Part shown: piece after piece, positions 1-13,900 of the stretch
Layout: each line of letters begins with the position of its first letter
Numbering within the stretch: the first letter of the stretch is position 1
Source of the DNA: Nageia nagi
Taxonomy: Eukaryota > Plantae > Pinophyta
NCBI GenBank assembly: GCA_050084985.1
Contig: JBITNC010000001.1
Span: forward strand, 17,980,001-18,044,000
Length of the DNA stretch: 64,000 bases
Reading direction: 5' to 3'
The notes under the pieces: generated by a model
What the model was told of the DNA's origin: nothing
Databases searched by the model: none
The model's input: only the letters and a program-made list of their open reading frames with translations
Program-made: the position numbers and the translations under genes

Positions 1-1457
1 ACTATTCAACCATGAATCTTGCCATTCCTTCATCTCTCATACTTAGGAATCTAATGCTCTTACATTCATACCTTGATACAGGAGAGGTCCCTTTGATTTC
101 AACTCTAGGTTTGTTTATATGAACGCTGCTGATAGCATGAACATAGTAGAACGTTGTTAACAACGTAATTTTTACTTCAACTGCTTTCCTTCATTTGATG
201 TAGGTACCTACAAAAAGTGTTAAACATACCCTGCATAAAAATATTTTGGATACATAATGAGTTATGTCATCCATGGATGATGAGTCAATGCCAGCAAGCT
301 ACTTACGGTTGCATTGTTGGTTTACTTTATAGTGAGTGAACTCTCACTAGCCATTTTTAGGGTCATTGTTGATCATACGTTTTATGTCTATGATCTAGGA
401 TATTATGCTTTTTTTTTGTTCTCTTTTTTTTTATGCCATCTATCCACCATCACACTGTTGACAATGTGAATCCTTATCATATTCATTCAGAAATTCTTTG
501 TGCACCATTGTACCATCATTCTAGGAAAATTCTGCTATCAAGTTTGCAATTGCTTTTCCTTTCACAAATTTTTGTTTGACTACATTGATATCGAATATTT
601 GTAGTAACATTGCCCCCAAGTAAAATAATGTAGCCAATAAGGATAAATACACTTCTTTCCTAAAATCCATTAGAATTAAACTCTAACTATATCTCAAAAA
701 TCCATCTTTGAGAGATAATTTATCATGACTAGCTATACTATCTACCATCATATCAACATGTAGCAATGTACAATCAACTCTTATTCCTCTAGTAGGCATA
801 GTAACTAGTAGTCCATTAAAACTTGGAATCACATTTGCTTCCTCATCTTCTTGAAATGCTTTATTGGCTTTCATTTCCTGTCCAAAATTTTCATACTCAC
901 TAAGGATATAATCTGCCTTCATTATTTCATTTGACTTAGACAATTTTGAATATACACCCATGTGTTCTAAGATATCATCATCATTAAGGAAATCAAATTC
1001 TATTGATATAGTATCATCAATCCATAAAGCCTCATCAAACTTAATAGGTTTAGTATCATCGAACCATAAATCCTCATTATTGTCATCATCTTTATACACA
1101 AAAGAATATGGAAAGGAATTACTTGTTGTATCTTTCATATAGGTAGAGTAAGAACCACCATTTTTCATACTATTTTTATGCTATTGACAACGTGAATCTT
1201 TTACATAATTCTAGCAAGATCTCACTGGTAGGGCAAGATTAATTGAAATAGTTGGGTTCACCAAAATGTAGACTAAAAATAATACATAAGTAATAAATCA
1301 AAGCACTATTTTTCCACAATGTAATATTGAAGCATATATTAGAAACACGTCAATAAATGAACATGACAAGTGAGGTACCTTCATCATATCCATATCATTA
1401 CCAAGTAACACAAATCATACATCAAACATGATAACTCATTATAAGAAACACACACCA

Positions 1458-1646
1458 TTAACAACCTTAACGAAGTAGATTTACATGCACAAATTGAAGT
1501 ATGTAGAACAAGACAAAGGGTATTGTAAATCAAAATTCAAACATGATGACATACTATGCATAATGAACATCGTTAACAACCTTAATGAAGTATATCCATG
1601 CACACAAATTGAAGTATCTAGAACAAGATGAAGGGTGTAGAAAATC
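1458..1646. repeat. Diverged tandem duplication (about 115-bp period)
   Basis: TTAACAACCTTAA(C/T)GAAGTA..CACAAATTGAAGTAT(G/C)TAGAACAAGA occurs at about 1458 and about 1573. Confidence 0.7.
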
Positions 1647-2522
1647 TATGAATAGGTGGTGTTACAAAACACCTTTGTTGGTTGGGTAAAATGATATTGC
1701 ATGTTTTGACCTTTCTCTTTGGATCTTGACCGTTATTTTTATGTTGCCTTTGCTATTCTTTTATAACAACATTTTGATCCTCTTTGATTCTTGGGATCAT
1801 TACATATTACATTCTTTGTAGTGTCTTTCTTGATATTTGACATCTCTTACATTATACAACATATATTTTAACCCTTTTTACAATAAATATTCCTTGATGC
1901 TATAAAATGAATTATTTAATTCAAGGAAATTCATTTTTAGGCATCTACAATGCACTAGGAAATAGTTTCATAGTTATGTTTTGGCATTATAAGATTAATT
2001 TTTAGTTTTTTTTATCAAAATGCATAAAAATTAGACAATCCTTATAAAGATGTCTTAAAAATTTTGCATTGCCATTCTGTCTATAAGAATCTAACATCAT
2101 TTAGATTTTATCATTAGGTGCATTCTCATTATGTCTACCCGATGCTTGCGCTAGAGCATATTACATGCATTTTTATATATGTTGTGCATTTTCATTACTT
2201 ATATATTGTAAAAATACAACAAAAATATTTGAAAAATATTCAAAATCTAAAAAAACCATTGCATGCATATAAAATAATTTTCGGATCCATAAAACCATGT
2301 TTTCATTTATGTATTGAAAGTGGTCCAAAAGCTACATATATGTGTGTTTAGGAGCTTTTAGCCTCCCTATGAACACTTTGCTCAATGTGTGTTGTTTTCT
2401 TGCTACCAGTTATCCTAGATCTAGATATTGACCTAAAAAGGTTTGAAAATTTTGTGTTTGTATCTCATTCAAGTAAACTCATATTTATGGATCTCTTGCA
2501 GCATACCAAGCATGCCATTTTT

Positions 2523-4214
2523 CTAATTCGTGTCTAGGGCCTTCATCATGTATTGGACCACTTTTTGTTTAACCTCAAGTTCCTGCTTTAGATTGACTAT
2601 TTCTTCATATTTGTCTTCTATAGTTTCATCCTTGTTTACCATTGTCTCCCTTAGTTTAGCCAACTTGTTATCTTGAGTGTTGTATTTTTCTTTCAAACTA
2701 TCAAGTTTCTCCTTCAAGCTAGCTAGAAACAAAAGTACAAAGGCACATATTATATCAACATAATGAATGCATATATATACATTTTGCAAAGCTAACACTT
2801 TGCAAGAAGAAAGATGAAATAACTTGCCAAGCTCAACACTATGATCCATTGGTACAACATGGGGAATACCACCAAGATCTTTGCACCATCCCATTCACCC
2901 TAGATGTCTACATGTGTTCCACATTAGGGCATCTTCTTCATCCTCCTTGTCACATCTCGGTTCATAGGTTCATCCTATTCATTGCTACATCACCCTCACT
3001 TCATCTTCTTCACTGTCCTTTCCTTCTTGCAAGGCTAACCTGCTATGTCTTATCCATATATAACCTAGAGGAATGCATCTTTGTGTCCACATCTGTACAC
3101 TTAGTATGCTCTACCACACTTTCCTCCTCATCTTCATCTTTGTAATCATCATCCTATGGAGGGGACCAATTCATTGTCCACCTTGGAACAACCTCAACAT
3201 CAAATAGACATAGATTTATTGTATATCTCACAATTGTGTAAATTACTAATCGATAAGAAAGAGGCATCATTTTCCTGCATCCAAATTGAAGTTACACCCT
3301 ATTAGGTTTGTATGTCCTTATGAACCCTTTCCTTGTTTGGTGATAACATGGAGCCTTTTGCCAACTTAGCTCATAAGTGCATTCCTTCCACCTCACCCGC
3401 TAAAATGGATTGTAGATTACATCATCCTCAATAAGCATATCAATAACTTTTTGCCACTTGTTTAGAGTGTCATGTACCCATATCACCTGCTAGATAATAA
3501 CCCACTTGCTCTAATTTGGTAAGATGTCATGCTCAACATTTATGGGCGGTTCCAATAGTTGGAATATTGTTATGTGCTTAAGATCCCAATAGTGTAAAAC
3601 ATAAGTATGAACCACTCTTCAACCATTCTTTAGTACTGATACAAAATTGTGCAAATCATGATATATTTGAGCAATAATGCATGGTGCCCAAGCAAACCTA
3701 TGACCCTTCACCATTTTTTTCACAATGTGAACCATAGATAAAGGAAATACCTTATTTTTCTTATCTATATAGATGATATTATCAATGCAAGCAATCATTA
3801 TAAGTCTAGGATATATTTTTTCCCTAGGTCCATCACAAACCACTTATGAATATAAGCATCCTTCTTCCCTTCATGTACTCCTTTGAACTGGTCATCCATT
3901 TTCCATTATTTTCATGCCTAAAGAATTCAAATTATCCTTCACATGCAACATGGTACCTTTCACAAGAACCCTTAGAATTTGAAACACATCTTCAAGGATT
4001 ATAGTCATTTCACCTATAGGAAGGTGAAACATGTTAGTAATATCCAATCACCATTCAAATAGGGCATTCAACATGTGTTTTTCTACTTTCAAATAGGTCA
4101 TATCCAATAGATACCCACCTTGACATGTATTAGATTCATTATCACCTTTTGGTTAAGTTCTTCATACCATGTGTGGGCTATTTCCCAACTTTTATTTTGT
4201 GGCTTAGGTACCAT
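2523..4214 (-). pseudogene. Plant mobile domain (PMD, MAIN/MAIL-like, PF10536-type) pseudo-ORF with acidic and coiled-coil C-terminus
   Basis: Manual minus-strand translation of 3960-4080 gives LNALFEW*LDITNMFHLPIGEMTIILEDVFQILRVLVKG, matching the PMD motif ALxERWxxETxTFHLPxGEMTITLEDV. ORF 3619-3843 has GHRFAWAPCIIAQIYHDLHNF (PMD W..A.LA.LY..L motif). Coiled coil in ORF 2523-2894. Stops and frameshifts present. Confidence 0.75.
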
Positions 4215-5532
4215 AATGTATGAATGAACATGCATCAACAAATGAACACACATGTAAGTATGCATACTTCCATAGAAAATATTTATTTTGTATATTTATT
4301 TATATTTAAGGTGTAATTTGCATATAGATAATCACACAAAAGTACTGACCTATTATTTACCTAATGCTAGCATTGAATTACATAACACCCTAGCACTAGG
4401 ACTACTCATCCTTCACGAAACATAAATAAAACCTACAGTGCACTTTACAAACATCAAAACACCTTTATAAAATAATTCTCAAATAAAACAAACAAGAAAA
4501 AAACAAGTTGATGCCTTAGGTTTTCACAATTCGTTAGCTTGTTACACAAAAATTACACTGTGAAATTCAAAATAATCTTGATCTTTACCATGAAACATGC
4601 TAAAATAAACACATTTATGGTATTTAGAACTCACCACATGATACAAATCTGGGTTAGGTTGCAAAACATAAGCCTTCTATCCATCTTGTTTCGTAATTCT
4701 TACCTACATAGCCTCTATTAACTCATGAATAACTTACACTAGCCAAATCAACAAGAGTACCTCCAACCAGTTGTATCAAAATCAAAAACCACAAAGATCC
4801 TTCTCACAAGCAAACAAAAATTGAAAATGAAAAATGAAAATGACCTAACCCTATTTAAAACTCAAAAGAAGATACACATTTTGAGACAAATTTAATTTTT
4901 TGTAACAAATGACTAGCGTTTTCTTCAAAGATATTTTAATGATATCTCCAGTGCAAGACATGATGCTTGATATAAAATTCAATAAAACTATCTTAAACTC
5001 ATCAATGTTAATGCTAGTGGCAAGACTAGTGCTGGCATGTAAGTATTAATGATTACTAAGTTTCTTAAAATATAAAGATAATCACAAAACATTGCTTCAT
5101 ATTTATTACTTAAAAATAAGATGTTATGATCATATCTCAGAGGTACTTCAAAGTTACAAATGTTCCTCAACTCTAATGTTGGGAGAAACAATAGGTGAAT
5201 GCAATATTCTTTAAAGAAAAATACCTAGGAGCATGCCTCCAAGAATCTCACTTTGCACCTTTACTTCACAATACACTACTATGACTCCTAAGTATTTTTA
5301 AATGCACTTGATCTTTAAAATTTCTATAAGTTCTTGTGTTGATTTCTTAAGTAAATTGAATCTCTAATATGGTTATCTTTATTTATGTTCTTATCTCATT
5401 GATATATCTTTGGATGATGAACGCTTACCAATTTCTTATGAGTTTCTTTCATTTATTATGTTTATGCCTAAGAAAACTCTATGGAAAATGAAGGTTCTTC
5501 TTTTCTAATGTTCGAACATTCTATGCTCACAT

Positions 5533-5794
5533 CCTTTGTTGGTTGGAAAATAATTAACCATCACTAGTGTGCACATATCTTCTCGACAATGACATAATTC
5601 ATTATGATGAAATTTCAAATGCTTTATGAACATCTTTGTTGGTTAGGTTATTAACCATCACCTTTTATGATCACTTTTATTGGTTGGTTTATTAATCATC
5701 ACTATGTTCATTTTATGGTGCCTTTTATTAGTTGGATTATTAACCATCACTTAATGATCACCTTTGTTGGTTGGGTTATTAACCATCACTATGA
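5533..5794 (+). repeat. Degenerate tandem array, unit core CTTTGTTGGTTGGGTTATTAACCATCAC (5 copies)
   Basis: Copies at about 5534, 5635, 5674, 5722 and 5762. This kind of array is typical of Tat/Ogre 3' non-coding regions; PPT-like AAAGAGGGGGCAAA follows at about 6028. Confidence 0.75.
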
Positions 5795-8380
5795 GTGTTG
5801 TTATGAACAATATCTTGGAGCTTCATTCATTAATATATCTTGTATCAATGTTATATCTATGGATAATGAAAGCTCTTAGATATATTATTAATTTCATCTT
5901 TGCTCTTAATTGCTTTTTTTTTTTAACATGAAATACACAATGCTCTTAAAATATTTGGAGGGTATTTATATTTTTCCACAAGTTTTTGTAATTGATTTTT
6001 GTTGGCCACTCCAACAACAACCAATGCAAAGAGGGGGCAAAGTACATCACCAGTAAATTGTTGATTCTATAAAGATCCAAGAAAAACCAAGAAGTTTTTT
6101 TTTCCTCTTCTCTTTACTTTGTAAGCATTAATTTCAATTTACTTCATTAAAACTTGCAAAGGAGGGTCATGTGTTAACACATAATTTGGCATCTTTTTTG
6201 AACCAAACTATTTATCATATAACCCTCTCTATGTTATGATCAATATGATTTTATGCTATATTTTGAATATCGCTAATGAGTTACCAAAGTTACTTCTCAT
6301 GTGTAATTATCTTATTTTGTAGGTTGAACCATTAACATCGATGCTAGCATGCAAAGGTACATTCAGGTATATTCCTAAACCTATAAATTGAGAATCATGA
6401 GAAGACTATGAAGATTTTATCTCAATAGCATAGTGCATATTTGTCATAAACTTACTAGTGTTCTTCAACACCACCTATTGAGATTATAATTTGTTACACT
6501 CAAGAGTTATCCTTTAATTAGCCATTATTTTAGAAGAGGGTCAAATGACATCAGTGCCAAAATGAGCAACACATATTCTTGGGATTCCTAGTGCCAATGC
6601 TTTGATACATGCAAGATATCATCCTAAGATTTGAAACCTAAGTCCTAATGTTTATCTACCTCCATCCAAGTATTCCTTCTTTGTCTAGGTACGTAACATG
6701 TACACATCTATCATTCATTATCTCATAGGTTAGGACATGCCATCTTATCGCTTCAATTCTATTCACAGTTATTTTCATTGGTTACTAAGTGATCGAAGAT
6801 AATTAAATTCTTTTGGTCATTAATTAGAGTAGATATAATTGTTTCATCATTTACTACATTTTAAGGTTGCATTTTATCTACACTAGTCACAAATTTTCTT
6901 TTTTAAATAATACTAAAACGTTTGTTGAGTAAAAGGAAAATCATAATAGTTCTATAATTAGATGGATTATTCTTGTCTTTAGTTTTGTGATAGGTATAAT
7001 TAAGCTTGTAGTGCATTGTTTAGAGAATTTTTCTTTAAAAGGTGTTGAAAAGGGTTTGGATGAGGGTCAAGGGTAGGGATCTCAATTTATAGAAGTTTTG
7101 TTTAGTATCATTTTATGTTTTTGGCCTTTCTTTTTGCTAAAGGGAATATCAAAAGAAACTTATACCAATGGCTAATCATGCCATCTCAAGTACTTTTTAC
7201 CATAAAAGCATGGCTCTTCATTGCTAATTTCATGTGGAAGTTATAAATGTTTAGCATTAAATACAATGGTCAAGATCATGCATGGATAAAGCCATGTTAA
7301 GATTAATGTTTGAAATCAATCACAAATATGAAATTGGAAACAAATTAAAATATTTAAAATTTAATATTAATGTCCACAAATGAAAAATGTCCACAAATTG
7401 GAATGATATCAATTGAAACAACTAATTTTCAAAGGTCAATCCATTGTTTATGATAAATATGGAACATATGTATTTTACAATAATGTTTTTGGAAAAGGTA
7501 ATTAAAAGCTTTTAGAAGCATTCAAGAAAAAGAATTTGATGCAATTATCATAGTGTGTCAATTGCAAAATCTTATGAAAGATGGTTTAGAATGGAGTTAT
7601 TTGTTGATAGAAACACATGTAATCATATATATGATAAAATTATTGATGATTTAAAAATTACAATTAAATATTTGTTTGAGGAATTTTATTTCACATAAAT
7701 AGTTGTAATTTTATATTATTTATTAGTTTTACTAATATCAATAATTTAATTTATTTTGAACTACAATTATAATTGAAAGTACAGTGAATAATATTCTCTT
7801 GTAATTATTTTTACTAATACAAAATCATTTATAAAATTTTCACAAATTATACATTATTTATTAATTCTATAATTAGTAATTTAGTTCACTAACAACTACA
7901 ATTGACAATAGTCTCTATGAACCATGTTCCTATGTATTTTGTTGATTTATAACATATTAATTATTAAAATAAATAAATTATATTCTTATAAAGCATGGGA
8001 AGATTAATTATAGGTTTTCTAGGGGCTAACCTTCCCTAGATAAGGAGATTTAACATTACATATTATTTTCATATTTTTATCACTAGCTCAAACAGGTATC
8101 AATCTCAAGGCATCAATTTCATTTCCTAGAAGCATGATTTCAAGATAAACATCTCAAAGTTGATACCTCTTGACTTTTTTAGATATATATCTAAGTTACT
8201 ATAACCTCTTTATTCAATTAATCTATATATACCAATTTCTTAAGGAAGTTGAAAAATCTTTTTTATGAAATGAAGCACAAAAATATGGTTTCATAAAATT
8301 ACAAATTTAAGAGGCTATGATATGTAGTGCTATATATGAAAAAATCATACATCAAATAACTTTCATATTAGAATATTAAA

Positions 8381-8395
8381 TAATATATATATATA

Positions 8396-8466
<71 letters not shown>
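8381..8466. repeat. (TA)n microsatellite
   Basis: Seen directly in the sequence. Confidence 0.95.
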
Positions 8467-10399
8467 ATAAAACATGTTTTTTGGACTTAACAATAGTTTT
8501 CTTGGAGTTTGTTGAAATTGGAGGCATTCCAAAGAGAAAGGAGCATGTCAAAGAAAAGTAGTGAATGCATTACAATTTAAAAATAATATTTTCACGAGTT
8601 TTTGCATATGAATTTTATCATAAAAATAAGATGCTTTTACATTAATATTGCAAGCAAATTTTATCACAAAATTAAATGATTAATAAAATTATAAATAGAT
8701 TTCATCATCAAAATGAAACAATTTTATAATAAAAATATGAACAAAATTTAACGTCAAAATGAAATAATTTCGTGATAAAATTGTGAATAATTTTCACCAT
8801 CACATATTAAATTTATGACGCAAATATTAAAGGCAAACATAATACAATAAAATTTCTGATGCAAATATTGAATATATTTTGAGACATGCCTAGAAGATTA
8901 GACTTCCTAATTTGCTTTCAATAATTCTTACAATGCAAATGCTAAATGATTATAAAAAGCCAAGGGAAATGCTTCGAGATGAAATGGTTACAACGACAAA
9001 TGTATAGTGGAAATTATTCTGATAATGCCATACAAAATGATTATAAAAAAACAAACAAGATGCTTACAATGAAAATTCTAGTGAAGTGTGAAATGCATAA
9101 AAATATAGAAGAGATAGAAGGGAATGGTTTGTGACTTATTTTGTAATGTGAAGTTGCTAAATATATCCTTTTAAAAATATTTACAACTAATATAATAGCT
9201 TGAATACTTGATTTTTTTTTTAAAGTTGAATAATGTTTTTGATTTCATTTTTTTTAAATAGTTACAAATGAACATTTGAATCTTACCCTTGACTATCATT
9301 ATAGTACACCTCTCAACATAATAAACATAATAGTTAAAATCCAACACTACATATTATTTTTATGTTTTTATTATAAGTATAATAGTTTTTAAATGTTATA
9401 TTTTTAGAGAATACAATCATTAAAAAAATTAATATATTTCATTTAGTTCAATGTCAAATTTTAGTAAGAAAAATTTTATATCACACTTACATATATGTTA
9501 CAAACATTTTGACCTTTAAAAAAGGAAATTAGATCTTCAATTTAATGAATGTAATCATTGTCAAATTTAAATGTTCGTAGCATCAAGCTTTTAAGACTGG
9601 AACCCAACATTCCTTGAAATTTCCAATTAATTGAATGGTTGAACATGAAGAATTCATTCTTGCTCTAATTTATAAATAGAGACTTCATATAAGAATTCGA
9701 GATGATATATAAAAATATAAATCTCTAGTTTCTTATTGTTAGGTTGAGAGATGTTTTTACAATAATAACAAGAATAGGAGGAGATACTTGATGTTGTGCA
9801 AATTTATCATAAGATCATATTTAATAATTAAAATTAATATATCATAGCAGATATCATATTTTAATAATAATCAAAACATCATATTCAAATCATAATTTTA
9901 TTAACTTTTACTTAACTTCCTATAATCCACCAGGCAATGGATATTATTGAGGTAAACACAAAACAAAAAGATTCAATTATCAATCATATTAACAATTTGC
10001 CAAGGATACATGAGGACACACTCTCTTTAAATTTGGGTTGTTTATTGTCCCTTATGCTTCTCAAGTTTGAAATTTCCAAAAAAAACATTTCTTGGACCAT
10101 CCTCAAGTGGAAATCGCAAAGAAAATTGTAAAGAAATGGCTAGAAGATTTGAGAAACATTTTTGAAACATCCCAATTGCTTCTAAAGCATTTCAAAGACT
10201 CTTAGGCATCCCCAAAGCTTCTAATTCATTCTCAAAATCTCCCAACCATCCCGGAAGATTCCCCAACCATCCCCAATGCAACTTCCATGGTTGAGGCATG
10301 CACCCAACTAAAAAACTTGAACTTTTACTTAATTTTTGGAAAAGTGAAAGGGGGTGGTCGACCCCAACAAGGCCCCTCCACCCCTTTTAACCTAAAACT

Positions 10400-10578
10400 C
10401 GTTAGTATTATTATGTCATTCATGGATCACTCATGTCTAATTTGGGTTGTTACATTGTGATTATCTTGCCAAAGTTCGTTATTTGTCACAAGATTTGTCA
10501 TTGTCACTATGTATAAATATGTCCCATATATAATAGAATAGCATGGCAGTATTCAAAAATCTTACATGGTATCAAAGC
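10400..10578 (+). mobile_element. 3' end of an LTR plus tRNA-iMet-type PBS (truncated element)
   Basis: Ends ...AAATCTTACA (10566), followed directly by TGGTATCAAAGC. 10417-10566 is homologous to 30485-30639. Confidence 0.7.
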
Positions 10579-10901
10579 AAGTTAAACGAAGAACCATGGG
10601 CTGGCGAGATTAATCTCCCACCCAATTATGTGGAGAAATACAATTTTATTTTTTTTGCTCTAACATTATGTAGATAGATAGGTATAGTAATAAACATCTA
10701 TAATTAAATTGCAATAGTTTGAATAGAGCCATGGTGAAAAAGATATTACAATAATTGATCCTTTGCGTATTTGATTGTGCCCTTCCTCACTCCTTCCTCT
10801 CTAGTTCCCATTCATGCTCTTAGATGATGGTTATTTGAACAATATTAACTGCACGTAGTATGCAAGATTAGAAGCTTTCGGGTGACATGTTCTTATAAAT
10901 T

Positions 10902-13900
10902 TGATCTATAATTTAAAAGATTAAATTTGAACTTTAATCCTTCCCAAGAATCAATTTCACACTTAATTAAATTAAATGCTTTTAATTAGAAGATTTAGAG
11001 AATTAGAACTAGAACCATATGCAAAACCAGAGAATAACAAAAAAAATCACACCACATAGAGACAAATCAATTCGCTTGGTTCACCCAGTGTGGGCTACAT
11101 CCAGCAACCAAAGCTCTCTCCAATCAATGGGTGAAATGGTGTACAATATCCTCCACATTCTTTCAACACCTCTCCTCACATTCACACAAACACCACAACT
11201 CTGAAACATACAGAAAACTACACTCCAACTCTCTACAATCCTTCTCCCCAAACACTTCCAAATTATCTCATTTTATAAGAGAAAGACAAGCTCAAATTTG
11301 GAGTGTTTTACAACAATAAGAAACCATAAAATCATTATTTACAAATACCCAATATCCTTCTCTAGTTGTAGTTCAAATTTGGGCTCAAATTGTTGAGCCA
11401 ATCTCTCATAATAGGCTTTCGAAGTTTAAAATACAGGCTCTTTGGATAACAGTATTAACAAGTCTGCAAATAAACTTTATCCACCAATAAAAATATTCCA
11501 TACATATTTAAAAACACTCAAATCTTGCTAAAAATACTAAACATGGCGGATCTAATAATATGGCGCCACTTGGTGGCTTGTAATCTGGCCTCCAAAATAC
11601 CCCCTCATAATTTGGCAAACTTTTGATCATGAAGTCAGTTTCATGAACCATAAAAAGTACTGAAGAGAAGACGATGAGCTATACAACATAATGTACTAAT
11701 TTTTTTTTGCCTTTTTGTATTTTTTAATTAAAAAATACTCAAACTTTGAAAATACATTTCTCACACATACGGGATCGAATTCTCAATTCGGAAGAAGTGT
11801 CACGAAGCTGGAGATAAATTGAACACAATGAACTAGAAAGAAAGAAAGTAAGAAATTATATTAATGTTCACAGATGACTAAAAGCGATCAATGGGACTGA
11901 AGAGTGTACAAGTCTAAAGCAGCATGAAGGGCATACTGGCCCTCATTCAAAGCAAACTAAAAATCTAAGAACAAAATGGGGACTAGCCCCTAGAAGGGGG
12001 TAAGTAGTCAAGTAGAGAAGCATAAGAGCAAAGGTCTCTCATGATCTATCTAACCGTACCCTCCTAGATTGATTTGTGCTTATGTTGACATCGTTGCAAC
12101 TAAAGAAGGTCATGATCTGTTGCAACCTCACAGAACTAGGGTCGACGTGCACCCTTTGTTTGGTACATCAAGTATGCTAAGGTGGGTCGTCAATCCTCTA
12201 CCTACAAACTCCCTCACTTGAGGCAATCTAGAAGAAAGAGGTAATCAATCGATCTCCTGTCAGGTGCTAGGAGTCAAACAATAGATGCTTCCTGAGAAGG
12301 AAAGTCTTTCTGAGATAGAGTGCTAAAACATCGATGGTTTGGGAACTAGAAGAATGTCAAGATCAAGCTATGTGCATCCAGAAAAATACAGTGGTACTGC
12401 CCCCAAATCTCATAATAGATCGAACATCAAAAGATGAAATGATCTTCAATCTCAGGCTCTATCAAGCATAACCGACATACTCAAACTTCACGCGCCAAGT
12501 GGTGATCCAACTCAATTCGAAGCTGATGGGAGCACACTTTGAACTAGCCTAGGAACATCTGCAAGCCAATAGAGAGGTGTGAACTAACGTAAGTAGGAGG
12601 TCGAATCAACCCTCTATGAATCCCCAAGAAGTGATGTGAGTAGTGCAATAGCTTGTGTTTGAGGGGAGATTAGGGGGTAACCCAAGTGTGCTGAATATAG
12701 ACCTTGTAAAGCATGTCTTTGATCAAAGCCAATGTAACCTCAGGATACCTGTCAAAGTCTCTTTGGGGTATAGGTAGTTGGGCCAATGAAAACTCGAAGC
12801 GATGTAAAACCTAAGAGACCTCAGAGAACCAACACCAACGACAACCCTAAACTGTCAAGTCCATGGATGATGCCAAGGCTCTGTAGGGGATCGGTTACCT
12901 CGCCCTATAAAAGCAAAGGTGTGGATACTGTGGAGAAAGAGGACCATCAATGCAACGAACCGTATTTGTAAAGGCGGGTAGCCAAACTCTGCTAGCATAG
13001 TGTGGTGCAGAATAGACCTCTTGCTTCGAATAGAGTGAGATAGGGTGCCAACTAAAAGCCTCTCGACTGTGGCCCAATCTAAGCTCCTCAAGCTAAGGCC
13101 CCAAACCTTAGAACCATATAATATTGTGGGAGTGACCAAAGAGTGGAATAACTGGAGCTTGGTTGGTATATCCTGAACATGGAGTTGGACACACTGTCTT
13201 TCCATGGAGGAAACTGCTACATATCCATGCTAAACTCTGGGTGGGGTTGTCGCTTGCATAGAGAATCGAGGTCCTATGAAGAGCACTCCCAAGCAGGTGT
13301 AAGATGTGGTGATCTCAATAGCCCTATCTCTATAAGTGATATGAGTCTGATTAAAAATGACCTTCTAGGTGTTGAAGACCATAATATTAGTTTTATTGAG
13401 ATTAGCCACGTCTTGTCTGGTGCTGAACAACTCAAGGGTATCCATCAAACACTGAAGACCTTCTACGGTGTGGGAGAGTAGTACAATATCATCGGCAAAG
13501 AGGAGGATGGGGACATGAGTGCGATGGAGAAGACCCGTTGTTGATGCTCGCAGTCTTGAGTATAAGTGACTCCAGCTCGTCAATATAGAGATTGAAGAGA
13601 GTCGAAGAAAGCAGGCAACCTTGTTTCACCCCGATGGTGTTGTAGATCATGTCAGATAGGCCCTTTGCAGTACACACCCTCCCTGAAATCAACTCATATA
13701 GGGTCAAGATGGTAGTATTGCCTAGCTCGAGGATCCCCAATCGTCTGAGTCTATCCATGAGTTTATGATGCGGGACGGTATCAAAAGCCTTCCTGAAATC
13801 TACAAAATAGCTAAAAACTAGGGTCTTCCAAAATCTAGCCTCCTCAATGATTGCTCGAAAAGTAAGGATGTGGTCAGTGATGTGGTGATCTCTATGGAAA

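Larger units (their letters stand above)
1..4900 (-). mobile_element. Highly degenerate Ty3/gypsy (Tat/Ogre-like) retroelement remnant; boundaries approximate
   Basis: Minus-strand LTR-end/PBS-like junction ...GTCTACA|TTTTGGTGAACCCAAC at about 1251-1273; PMD pseudo-ORF at 2.5-4.2 kb; TATA-like TTTAAATAGGGTTAGG at about 4845-4860; decayed acidic ORF 683-1168 downstream of the PBS. Confidence 0.5.

Noticed and set aside
683-1168. 161-aa acidic ORF as a host gene
   Set aside because: No recognisable domain; lies just inside a PBS in decayed retroelement sequence
5533-5794. CRISPR-like repeat-spacer array
   Set aside because: Eukaryotic context, degenerate repeats, irregular short spacers and no cas genes
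6028-6560. Three PPT-like motifs (AAAGAGGGGGCAAA, AAAGGAGGGTCA, AGAAGAGGGTCAAA) as element boundaries
   Set aside because: Suggest decayed plus-strand Tat-like fragments, but no partner LTR or TSD could be defined
7140-7680. Possible transposase remnant in AT-rich sequence
   Set aside because: No diagnostic motif recovered by manual translation
11019-11319. Duplicated short ORFs (also 19861-20193)
   Set aside because: Incidental ORFs within the LTRs of element A
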